Source of the DNA: Planctomycetota bacterium
GTDB taxonomy: Bacteria; Planctomycetota; SZUA-567; H5-PLA8
NCBI GenBank assembly: GCA_038227875.1
Contig: JBBRPR010000026.1
Location: 41,930 to 105,929, forward strand
Length of the DNA: 64,000 bases
Direction: 5' to 3'
The notes below the pieces were generated by a model. It saw only the letters and a program-made list of their open reading frames with translations, did no database searches and was not told the DNA's origin. Both the position numbers and the translations under genes were made by a program. Positions 9,870 through 18,712 of this stretch are shown here, piece after piece (positions within the stretch are counted from its first letter, which is position 1; each line of letters begins with the position of its first letter).

Positions 9870-9945
9870 GCCGCCCCACTGGCGCATTGTGCGGTCGCTC
9901 AGTAAACTATGGCTACATGGACACTTCCGGCCGGAGAACGAAGTC

Positions 9946-12900
9946 ATGAGCGCGGCGCCCAGTCAGGGGGCGAATGCGCCGGCTTCGGACGCGGCCAACG
10001 CGACGGTCCGCAGCGCCATCTTCGTGCTCTTCTTTCTTTCGGGCGCGTGCGGGCTGATTTACGAAGTCCTCTGGTGCCGGCAGCTCGGCCTGATTTTCGG
10101 CAACACGGTGCAGAGTCTTTCGGCGGTGCTCACCGCGTTTATGGCCGGGCTGGCGCTGGGGAGTTATCTGGCCGGGCGGCTGTGCCATCGCTTGAAACGG
10201 CCGCTGCTGGCGTATGGCATTCTGGAACTGTGCATCGGCGTCTACTGCGCGGCGCTGCCGTGGCTGTTCAGTGATCACGGACCGGTGATGCCGCTCTACC
10301 GCTCGTTGTACGGTGAGACCGGCAGCAGCACGCTTTCGATTTTTCGCTTCGCCATTTCGCTGGTGCTGCTGCTGATACCCACGACGTTCATGGGTGCCAC
10401 GCTGCCGGTGCTGTCGCAGTACATGTCGGGAATCAAAACGAGTCTCGGCCGCACCGCCGGAGCGCTCTACGCGGTGAACACCTTCGGCGCCGTCGCAGGC
10501 GCAGCCGCAACGGGATTTTATTTTCTTCCCTGCTTCGGAAAAATAGAGACCAACTGGATCGCCGTCGGCTGCAACGTCATGCTCGGCCTGCTCGCCATCA
10601 ATCTCGGCCTGCGCCAGGCGCTCGGCATGCTCCCCGCGAACTCTGCCTCCCAATCCCAAGAGCCAAAAGCTAAGAGCCAGGAGCCGACCCCGCTGCCTGC
10701 CGCGATCAAGCTCACCGTCGCCGCGTTCGCCATCACCGGTTTCGCTGGGATGGCGACGCAGATCGCCTGGACGCGCGCGATCAGTTTGAGCACCGGAAGT
10801 TCCACGTACGCGTTCAGCCTGATCGTCTCCGTCTTCATTTTGGGCCTGAGTCTCGGTGGCGCGTGGGCGGCGCGCGTGGCGCCGAAGATCGCCGACCCGA
10901 TTGGCGTGCTCGCGAAAATTCTGCTCGTGATTGGGTTGCTCGGGCTGGCGATTTCCACGCTGCTGGGCTTCGGACCGATTCTGTTTTTCTTTCTGCTCGC
11001 GTGGAGCAGCCAGTCGAGCTGGTGGGTGCTGTTGGTCGCGGAAGCGATCGGTATCGGGCTGATCATCCTGGTTCCCACCTTCCTGATGGGCGCGACGCTG
11101 CCGCTGACGATGCAGGTCGCCGCGACGTATCGTGAAAGCGCGGGGCGCACCGTCGGCACGATTTACTCCGTAAACACCATTGGCGCGATCCTGGGCAGCT
11201 TTCTTGGCGGGCTGGTGCTGCTGCCGCTGCTCACGATTCAATACACGCTCGTCGCCGCCGCATTGATGTACGCGATCCCCGGCTTGCTGTTGATGGGTTA
11301 CGGCGTGCAGAAGGGCAAATTCCGAAACCTGGGCCTGGCCGCTGTGTTGATTGGCGCCGGCGTCGTCTGCGCGCAGCCGTGGGATGGAAAAATCATGAGC
11401 AGCGGCGTGTACCTGCTCTACGATCCGCGCACGATCGCCGCGGCGCGGGAATTCCGGCTGCTCGATGCGCTACCGAACCTGAGCAAGGGGCGCGAGCTGC
11501 TCTACTATAAGGAAGGCGCCGCCGCGACGGTGGCGGTGACGGAGCTCGATACGCCTAAGGGCAAAGATCTGATGCTCTCCGTCGGCGGCAAGCCCGATGC
11601 CTCCAGCCGCGGCGATATGAGCACTCAGATCGGGCTGACGCTGGTCCCCGAACTGCTCCACGCCAAAGGTCCGCAGGATGTGCTGGTGATCGGACTGGGC
11701 TCGGGCGTCAGCGTCGGCGCGGCGCTTGCGCCGCAATCGGTGCAGCGCGTTGATGTGATCGAGATGTCGCCGGAAGTCGTCGAAGCTTCCGAAAAGTTCG
11801 CGCCGTTCAATGAGCTCACTTATGTGAAGTCGCCGCGGCCGTGGCTGGCGACGCCGAAGGTCGAGCTGCTGATCAACGACGGCCGCAACCATCTGCTGCT
11901 GACGAAGCGCCGCTACGACGTGATCGCCAGCGAGCCGTCGAATCCGTGGATGGCCGGCGTGGGGAACCTTTTCACGCGGGAAGCGTTTGAGCTTACGCGC
12001 GGGTGCTTGAAGCCCGGCGGCATCATGTGTCAGTGGGTGCACGGTTACCGGCTGGAAGTGGGCGATTTTCACAGCATCATCCGCACGTTTACGGAAGTTT
12101 ATCCGTACGCGCAATTCTGGAACGTGAGCGATGGCGATTTTCTGCTGATCGGGTCGGAAGAGCCGCTCGATCAGCCACTGGAGCGCCTGCAAACACGGAT
12201 GCGCGAACCGGCGGTTGCGCGCTGGCTGGGGAAAGTTCATTACGATACGGACGCGGAGTTCCTCGCCTGCTACCTGGCCGACAAACCGTTCCTGGAAGCG
12301 ATGACACACGACGCTCGGATTCACACCGACGACAATATGCTGCTGGAGTTTTCCGCGCCGCGTTCGCTTTACGCGCCGGTTCAGACGCTCAACGCCGGGC
12401 TCTTCAATCCCGATCCGGAAGAGATCGTGAAGCTCGGCGGATTGAGCCCCAGCGACACGCAGAGCTTTCAGGAGCGCCTCGACGGGTCGGTCAGCGCGCG
12501 TGAACACGAGCGGCAGGCGATGGAGCATCGCGGCGCATTCCTGGCGCACGTGAAAGCCGCACTGGAACTTTCGCCACTGCAACGCTGGGCCAACGACAAC
12601 AAGGACCTCGTCGATACTCAACCGGCGCCGCAGCCGCCGGCCGAGATGCTCGCTCAGATGAAAGCGCAATCCGACGCGAAGATAAAACAACCCTCGCAAC
12701 CCGAGGGCGTGCTCTCGGCGACCAATCTGCTCTGCGAACGCGCCGCGCTCGATCCGGGAAATTCACAGGCCAGAAGTGACGCGGCCGAAGTTCTGCTGCT
12801 CGCCGCAAAAGCGATCGTGGAGACCTCGCAAACCGGCGCCATTCATTTAAGCCGCGTCAGCCGCCGCATGGGCCGCGAAATTCTAAAACGCGGCGGCAGC

Positions 12901-12966
12901 GGTACGGCGCTGAATGAAGCGACGAAATTATTAAAAGAATTCCAAGCCGAAAGGCGTCAACCCTAG
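9946..12966 (+). CDS. fused membrane (MFS-like)/spermidine synthase family protein
   Basis: SGACGLIYEV and GATLP TM motifs (twice); VLVIGLGSG SAM site; NDGR; DVIASEPSNPW; HTDDN. Confidence 0.92.
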   Translation: MSAAPSQGANAPASDAANATVRSAIFVLFFLSGACGLIYEVLWCRQLGLIFGNTVQSLSAVLTAFMAGLALGSYLAGRLCHRLKRPLLAYGILELCIGVYCAALPWLFSDHGPVMPLYRSLYGETGSSTLSIFRFAISLVLLLIPTTFMGATLPVLSQYMSGIKTSLGRTAGALYAVNTFGAVAGAAATGFYFLPCFGKIETNWIAVGCNVMLGLLAINLGLRQALGMLPANSASQSQEPKAKSQEPTPLPAAIKLTVAAFAITGFAGMATQIAWTRAISLSTGSSTYAFSLIVSVFILGLSLGGAWAARVAPKIADPIGVLAKILLVIGLLGLAISTLLGFGPILFFFLLAWSSQSSWWVLLVAEAIGIGLIILVPTFLMGATLPLTMQVAATYRESAGRTVGTIYSVNTIGAILGSFLGGLVLLPLLTIQYTLVAAALMYAIPGLLLMGYGVQKGKFRNLGLAAVLIGAGVVCAQPWDGKIMSSGVYLLYDPRTIAAAREFRLLDALPNLSKGRELLYYKEGAAATVAVTELDTPKGKDLMLSVGGKPDASSRGDMSTQIGLTLVPELLHAKGPQDVLVIGLGSGVSVGAALAPQSVQRVDVIEMSPEVVEASEKFAPFNELTYVKSPRPWLATPKVELLINDGRNHLLLTKRRYDVIASEPSNPWMAGVGNLFTREAFELTRGCLKPGGIMCQWVHGYRLEVGDFHSIIRTFTEVYPYAQFWNVSDGDFLLIGSEEPLDQPLERLQTRMREPAVARWLGKVHYDTDAEFLACYLADKPFLEAMTHDARIHTDDNMLLEFSAPRSLYAPVQTLNAGLFNPDPEEIVKLGGLSPSDTQSFQERLDGSVSAREHERQAMEHRGAFLAHVKAALELSPLQRWANDNKDLVDTQPAPQPPAEMLAQMKAQSDAKIKQPSQPEGVLSATNLLCERAALDPGNSQARSDAAEVLLLAAKAIVETSQTGAIHLSRVSRRMGREILKRGGSGTALNEATKLLKEFQAERRQP

Positions 12967-13005
12967 AAGCTGTTCTTGCGGCTTCGCGTGGGATAAAAAG
13001 CGGTC

Positions 13006-14034
13006 TTACGGCAAGGCAGCGTCGCGCTTGATCGCCAGCCGCCGCACGTCCGCCGCGCGCAGGGCGGCGAGCGCGGAATCCATGCCGGTCTTCGGTGCGT
13101 CGCCGCGGACGAGAATCACCGCCGACGGATGGTTGGTCTGATCGGCCGGCAGCCGCTTGCGCAGGTCTTCGACAGCTTCGAGCACGAATGGCTTGAAATC
13201 CGTCTCGGCGGTCTTCGCGCCGATGCGCAGTTGGAATCCCGCCGCAGTTTTTCCGGGGAGTACTTCGACGATCAGGCGCTCTTCAGCGTCGGGCGCTTCG
13301 ATCGGCTGACTGGGCATCAGTTTGTCGGCACCCGAAGAGACGAGGTCGTCGGCGATGTGGCGCGACTCCACCAATTTCGAAAATTCGAGCTCCGGGCAAA
13401 TCAGCAGCGGCCGGCGCCACGGCGTTTCGTCGGCCTTGGCGGTGTTGCGCGCGTACAATTTCATGAAGTAGCCGCAGGCGCGGCCGACAGGCAGTGAATC
13501 TTCCTTGATACCCTTGTCGATGCGTTCGAACAACTTCGAGCCCGGCGGACAGAGAATGCGCAGCGCGTAGACGTCGCGGGCCGAATCGATGAACACGGCG
13601 AGGATGATCGAATAGCCGGGCAGCTCGAATTCCGGCGGCAGTTCGACCTGTCGCGCTTCGATCACGATGCCGCGCGAGAGCGTCACGACCTGGCCGCGGT
13701 AGAGTCCCGGCTTGTCCATCAGGTTATCAAACGTGATTTTGTCGTTGGTATGCTTGCGCAGCTGATCCTGATTGGTCGATGCGACCTGGTGGAGAAACCA
13801 CTTATAAGGGGCGCCTTCCAGGATCGCGCTCTCTTCGAACTTATCGGGATAATAGTCTTCGACAATCTGCGCGAACAGGCGGCGCCGTTCGTCTTCCTCG
13901 TACTGGCCCGGGCGAATCTTGAGCGAGGAGGTCTTGCTATTACCGCCGCCGCTGTCATTGTCGACGGGGTGGTGGTTGCGTTCGCAGCCCGTGATGAGCA
14001 GCAACATCACCAGGATCACGCGCGTGTGTTTCAT
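13006..14034 (-). CDS. lipoprotein of unknown function with an ExbD-like C-terminus
   Basis: lipobox ITGC; C-terminal VILVRGDAP...ALRAADVRRLAI. Confidence 0.75.
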   Translation of the reverse strand: MKHTRVILVMLLLITGCERNHHPVDNDSGGGNSKTSSLKIRPGQYEEDERRRLFAQIVEDYYPDKFEESAILEGAPYKWFLHQVASTNQDQLRKHTNDKITFDNLMDKPGLYRGQVVTLSRGIVIEARQVELPPEFELPGYSIILAVFIDSARDVYALRILCPPGSKLFERIDKGIKEDSLPVGRACGYFMKLYARNTAKADETPWRRPLLICPELEFSKLVESRHIADDLVSSGADKLMPSQPIEAPDAEERLIVEVLPGKTAAGFQLRIGAKTAETDFKPFVLEAVEDLRKRLPADQTNHPSAVILVRGDAPKTGMDSALAALRAADVRRLAIKRDAALP

Positions 14035-14048
14035 AACGACTACTCCGG

Positions 14049-14687
14049 TCAAACCTGCGGTCGTAGCAATCGCTTCACGGCCGCATCAATCCGTTCCCGT
14101 GCGGCCTGGCATTCAGCGATCTCTGCTTCGGCACGCGTACGGCGGGTGGCATTCAATCCTTCTTTATCGTCCGTTGCGCAGTTGGAAATCACCTGAATTC
14201 CTGCACCGCGTGCGGCCGCTTCGAGAAAATATCCCGCCGCCGCAACATCGCCTGCGAGTCCCGGATTGACCACGCCGGCGAGTTCCTCAACCAGACGCAA
14301 GCCGACCCGGGCATCCGCAATGATTTTTTCGGGAATCTTCGTCGCTGCCTCGTTGCTTTCGGCGATCTTTTTGGAGCGCGCCGCCTTCTCCTCGGGCGTG
14401 GCGCGCGGGAGCTTGCGGGCTTCCGAGTAAGCGCAGTAGGCCTGGATGTCCGCCTCGATGCCGCTGACGAACAAGCGTCGCAGTTCGGAGAAACTGTCGT
14501 CGAGCTTCCGGGCCTGCGCTTCGACGGCCTTGAACTTTTCGTTTTCGGTGGTGTAAAGCGCCGCCATGCTCGCCAGCCCCAGCCCGAGCGCCCCGACGAG
14601 CGCGCTGGTGCTGCCCCCACCCGGCGTGGGCGTGCGGGAGGCGAGGTCTTCCAGAAATTTGCTGAGCGGCTGTTCGGGGTACGCCAT
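14049..14687 (-). CDS. cyclodeaminase/cyclohydrolase family protein (FTCD C-terminal domain, FchA-like)
   Basis: FLEDLASRTPTPGGGSTSAL, NPGLAGDV. Confidence 0.9.
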   Translation of the reverse strand: MAYPEQPLSKFLEDLASRTPTPGGGSTSALVGALGLGLASMAALYTTENEKFKAVEAQARKLDDSFSELRRLFVSGIEADIQAYCAYSEARKLPRATPEEKAARSKKIAESNEAATKIPEKIIADARVGLRLVEELAGVVNPGLAGDVAAAGYFLEAAARGAGIQVISNCATDDKEGLNATRRTRAEAEIAECQAARERIDAAVKRLLRPQV

Positions 14688-14785
14688 TTTTTTGAGTCTT
14701 CCTTGAGAGGTTAAACGTCGCTTTCCGACGCAGTCAATTTTAGCGTGCCGGAACGATTTTAACATAGGGAATTGGAAAGCAGTTC

Positions 14786-14961
14786 GTAGTCCGGGCGTCC
14801 CGCCCGGTCTAACCGAACCCAAGTCCAAAGGCGTCATTCTTGAGTGAGGCCTGATCTACCGCGAGAGCAAAGAGGACTTTGCTTCGCGGTAGATAAATTC
14901 AGGGGACGAAGAATGTTTATCGCCTTCGCCGAGGTCAGACCGGGCGAGCCGCCCGGACTAC
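14786..14961. repeat. inverted pair of GTAG-headed REP elements (REPIN-like)
   Basis: GTAGTCCGGGCGTCCCGCCCGGTCT (14786-14810) and AGACCGGGCGAGCCGCCCGGACTAC (14937-14961). Confidence 0.85.
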
Positions 14962-15015
14962 AAACAGCACGTCGCTGGCGCGGAGGAGCAGCGCGTATTA
15001 AGCTCCGCCCACATC

Positions 15016-16068
15016 ATGAAAATACTCGGCATTGAATCTTCTTGCGATGAGACTGCGGCGGCTGTGGTGGAAGACGGGCGCGCGGTGTTGTCGAATGTTG
15101 TGGCCAGCCAGTTTGATCTGCACCGGCCCTTCGGCGGCGTCGTTCCGGAACTCGCGGCGCGCGCGCACGCGGAGCGGATCACGGCGATCATTGATGAAGC
15201 GATGACCGTCGCGAAATGTTCGTCGGAACAGTTGGACGCGATCAGCGTTGTCAACCGGCCGGGCCTGGTTGGCGCATTGCTGGTGGGCGTCGCGGCGGCC
15301 AAGGCGCTTTCGATCGCGTGGAACAAGCCGCTGCTGGGCATGGACCACATCATGGGGCATGTCTACTCGCCGGTGCTGGCGGGTTTTGACCGCTTTCCGC
15401 ACATCTCGTTGATCGTCTCGGGCGGCCATACGTGTCTTTACAAAGTCAACACGCCGCTGTCAGTCGAAGTCCTCGGGCAGACGGCCGACGACGCGGCCGG
15501 CGAAGCGTTTGACAAAGTGGCGAAGATGCTCGACCTCGGGTTTCCCGGTGGGCCGGCGCTTTCGAAGCTGGCCGACCAGGCCCCGCCGGAAGACCGCCGC
15601 ATCTTCGCGGACTTCGGACAGAAAGCCGCCGACGCGCACACCAAGCCAGCCGATGCGCTCGACTTCAGCTTTTCGGGATTGAAGACGGCCGTCTACTATC
15701 ATCTGCGCGGTACCAGCCGCGGACGCGGCCCGTTGCGCGAACTCTCCGCTCAGGAACGCGCGTCGGTGGCGGCGAGTTTCCAGGAAGCCGCGTGCGAGAT
15801 CATGGTCAACACCACGCTGAACGCGTGCCGCGTGCACAACATTCACGCCGTCGCCGTGGCGGGAGGCGTGGCCTGCAACCGCCGTCTGCGCGATCTGTTT
15901 AAAGCGCGCGCGGCCGAACAGAACCCCCCGGTCGAGGTCTTCTTTCCGCCACCGGTGCTCTGCACGGACAACGCGGCGATGAACGCCGGGTTGGCGTATC
16001 ATCGGCTATTAAAGGGAGAGCGCGATTCGCTGGAAATCGACGCGGATCCCACGCCGAAGCGGAGCTGA
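15016..16068 (+). CDS. tsaD: tRNA N6-threonylcarbamoyltransferase
   Basis: LGIESSCDET, GGVVPELAARAH, HIMGH, SGGHT, DDAAGEAFDK, FSFSGLKT, CTDNAAM. Confidence 0.98.
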   Translation: MKILGIESSCDETAAAVVEDGRAVLSNVVASQFDLHRPFGGVVPELAARAHAERITAIIDEAMTVAKCSSEQLDAISVVNRPGLVGALLVGVAAAKALSIAWNKPLLGMDHIMGHVYSPVLAGFDRFPHISLIVSGGHTCLYKVNTPLSVEVLGQTADDAAGEAFDKVAKMLDLGFPGGPALSKLADQAPPEDRRIFADFGQKAADAHTKPADALDFSFSGLKTAVYYHLRGTSRGRGPLRELSAQERASVAASFQEAACEIMVNTTLNACRVHNIHAVAVAGGVACNRRLRDLFKARAAEQNPPVEVFFPPPVLCTDNAAMNAGLAYHRLLKGERDSLEIDADPTPKRS

Positions 16069-16086
16069 GTGACCAGAACGAACGGA

Positions 16087-16227
16087 TGGGATCGGGGATC
16101 GGGGATCGGGCATCGGTCGTTGGGAATCGCTGTCGCAATACTACGCTTCGTTTTGTTGGATTTGGTTTTTGAAACTGCGTCTACATTTTTTAGCAGCGCA
16201 TTCCCATTGCCCGATGCCCGATCCCAT
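16087..16227. repeat. inverted heptamer tandem repeats (GGGATCG/CGATCCC)
   Basis: ATGGGATCGGGGATCGGGGATCGGGCATCGG ... CCCATTGCCCGATGCCCGATCCCAT. Confidence 0.75.
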
Positions 16228-16415
16228 CAGTTCGTTCCCTTCTAGACGTGCATCAAGGACCCACATCATGTGCAGTCTTTGTTAGGGCGAATATTTACTT
16301 ATTCGTATTGATTACAGTTGCATTGACAGTAAGTCGAAATATTGAATGGAAACTGATTTTCATGCGTCAAATAAGGACTGTTGTGATTCGAAACTCTGCG
16401 AAAGGATGTCACGAA

Positions 16416-18551
16416 ATGCGTAATGTGCTGTTAGCAGGCGTAGTTGCGACTCTCGGGCTGGTCTGGTCCGGGCACGCCGTCGCCTCGGAAGGGTTCGACG
16501 ATTTGGCCAAGCTCGCCAAGTCGGGCGTCAACGATGATGTGATGCTGGCATATATCGATGCATCGCCCGTTGCTTACGAACTGACCGTGGACGAAATTCT
16601 GTTCTTCAACGATTTGGGCCTCGCGCCGAAAGTCGTTGCCGCTGCGGTGAAGCACGGCAAGGAACTGCGCGCCACGAACCCGGCGCCTGCCGCGCCCGTC
16701 GCCGCCGACGATCCGCCCGCTCCGCGTCCCGCTCTGGCTCCTCCGCCGGCGGCTCGCCCGGTGGTGGACAATGGCGACGTTGAAAATGTCAACGACCCCG
16801 TGCCGATCACGCAAGCTCCCGTAACCACGATTTCGGAAGCGCCGCAGGAAGTCTATTCGACCACGACGGTCGTAGCGCCGCCGCCGGAACAGGCCAACCT
16901 CTCGTTCTTCTACGATGCGCTGAGCCCGTACGGCTCGTGGATCAATCTGGATGGCAACTACGTCTGGCAGCCGAACACGATCTCTGTCGATCCCAACTGG
17001 CGGCCGTACTGCCAGCGCGGACATTGGGTCTACACCGACGCAGGCTGGGCGTGGCAGTCGGATTACTCGTGGGGCTGGGCGCCGTTTCACTACGGCCGCT
17101 GGTCGCGCCACGATCGCTACGGTTGGGTGTGGTCTCCGGACACCACCTGGGGTCCGGCGTGGGTCTCCTGGCGCAACGACGGCACGCATGCCGGCTGGGC
17201 GCCGTTGCCGCCCCGCACTCGCGTTGAAGCGGGCGTGGGTCTCCACTTTGGCGGCAAGCATGTCGCGGTGGACCTGGACTTCGGCATCACTGAACGCGAC
17301 TACACGTTCGTTCCCGTCGAACACGTCTGCGAAACAAATCTGACGTCCTACTACGTCCGCGGCGGCGAAGTCTCGATCGTCTACAATCGGACCAGCTACG
17401 TGCGCGACAACTACAGCTACGATCACGACCGCGTGTTCAACCGCGGCATCTCGGTGGAATTTGTGGCCGAACGTTCGCACCGCGAAATTCGCCCGATCAC
17501 CATCGTCGACGTGAACGTGCAGGTCGGTGCGCCGATCCGCGGCACCACCGTGACCAACAGTTCGTTTGCCGTTTACCGCCCGGCGATCAAGAACGAAGCG
17601 CCGATCAATCCTGAAGTGGTCGCCGCGCGCCGTGAAGAAGAAGCCAAGCGCGTCGCCATCCGCCAGCAGGCCGCGACGGAGAAGGCCGCGATCCGCCAGC
17701 AGAATTCGGTGGACCGCACCGCCGCTCGCCAGGAAGCCACCACCGCTGAAGTGCAGGCCCGCCGCGACGCCGAAGCCCGCAAGGTTCAGGCCGCTGCCGA
17801 AGCTCGCGCCGCCGCCGCCGAAAGCCGCGCGCAGACCAAGGAACAGCGCGATGCAGAAGTTGCTGCGCGCGAACAGGCTCGCCAGGCCGCTGAAACCAAG
17901 GCGAAGGAATCGCGCTTGGACAACGCGGCCGCGCGTCAGGCTGATGCTGAAGCCAAGGCGCAGGCCCGCCGCGATGCCGAAGCCAAGGCGGCAGCTGCAC
18001 GGCAGGACAACACCGCTGCGCGGCAGGCCGATCTGGCTGCCAAGGAGCAGGCGCGCCGCGATGCCGCCGCGAAGGATCAGGCTGACGATCAGGCCCGTGA
18101 ACAGGCCCGCCGCGACGCCGCAGCCAAGGCCGCCGCCGAACGCCAGCAGAACGCTGCTGCGCGCAAGGCTGACGAAGATGCGCGCGAACAGGCACGCCGC
18201 GATGCGTTGGCCAAGGCGCAGGCCGACCGCCAGCAGGCCGCTGAAACCAAGCGCGAACAGACCAACGACGGTTCCGAAGCCCGCAAGGCCGACCAGCTGG
18301 CCAAGGAACAGGCCCGCCGCGACGCCGAAGCCAAGGCCGCCGCCGATCGCCAGGCCAACGCTGCCGCTCGCGAACAGGCTCGCAAGGAAGCCGCCGCCAA
18401 GGAAGCCGCGGAAGCACAGGCCCGCAAGGATGCCCGCGCCGCCGCCGCCGCTGCGCGCAATCCCGCCAGCGACGGACAGCCGGATCCGAACAATCCCAAC
18501 GATCCGGACAATCCGAAGCCGAACAAGAAGAAGAAGAAGAACGACGACTGA
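16416..18551 (+). CDS. secreted Trp-rich (DUF6600-like) protein with a long Ala/Arg/Glu/Gln coiled-coil tail
   Basis: signal peptide; FYDALSPYGSW, WRPY..GHWVYTD.GW.W.SDY.WGWAPFHYGRW, WGPAWVSW; repeated QARRDA units. Confidence 0.88.
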   Translation: MRNVLLAGVVATLGLVWSGHAVASEGFDDLAKLAKSGVNDDVMLAYIDASPVAYELTVDEILFFNDLGLAPKVVAAAVKHGKELRATNPAPAAPVAADDPPAPRPALAPPPAARPVVDNGDVENVNDPVPITQAPVTTISEAPQEVYSTTTVVAPPPEQANLSFFYDALSPYGSWINLDGNYVWQPNTISVDPNWRPYCQRGHWVYTDAGWAWQSDYSWGWAPFHYGRWSRHDRYGWVWSPDTTWGPAWVSWRNDGTHAGWAPLPPRTRVEAGVGLHFGGKHVAVDLDFGITERDYTFVPVEHVCETNLTSYYVRGGEVSIVYNRTSYVRDNYSYDHDRVFNRGISVEFVAERSHREIRPITIVDVNVQVGAPIRGTTVTNSSFAVYRPAIKNEAPINPEVVAARREEEAKRVAIRQQAATEKAAIRQQNSVDRTAARQEATTAEVQARRDAEARKVQAAAEARAAAAESRAQTKEQRDAEVAAREQARQAAETKAKESRLDNAAARQADAEAKAQARRDAEAKAAAARQDNTAARQADLAAKEQARRDAAAKDQADDQAREQARRDAAAKAAAERQQNAAARKADEDAREQARRDALAKAQADRQQAAETKREQTNDGSEARKADQLAKEQARRDAEAKAAADRQANAAAREQARKEAAAKEAAEAQARKDARAAAAAARNPASDGQPDPNNPNDPDNPKPNKKKKKNDD

Positions 18552-18578
18552 GTCGATCACTGTTGTAATGCCGAATAC

Positions 18579-18614
18579 AGCTCGGGGACCGGAAACGGTC
18601 CCCGAGCTTTTTTT
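18579..18614 (+). terminator. intrinsic terminator
   Basis: AGCTCGGGGACCG-GAAA-CGGTCCCCGAGCT followed by a T run. Confidence 0.9.
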
Positions 18615-18712
18615 CACGCGTGCAATTTCTGCCACTATTTAATTTGTAACAACAGCCGCCTAGAATGGTTTAGAATGAGTGATTCCAACTGGGCGTGAGG
18701 GCGGACCGCGGC

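Noticed and set aside
9838..9945. Upstream ATG extension of the spermidine-synthase fusion
   Set aside because: It runs through the heptamer repeat; the ATG at 9946 has a GGAG RBS.
16431..18635. 734-aa minus-strand ORF, and similar long ORFs at 615-1472 (+), 27065-27967 (+), 47621-49321 (+) and 50612-52297 (-)
   Set aside because: Antisense shadows of real high-GC genes; the opposite strand carries the motifs, signal peptides and RBS.
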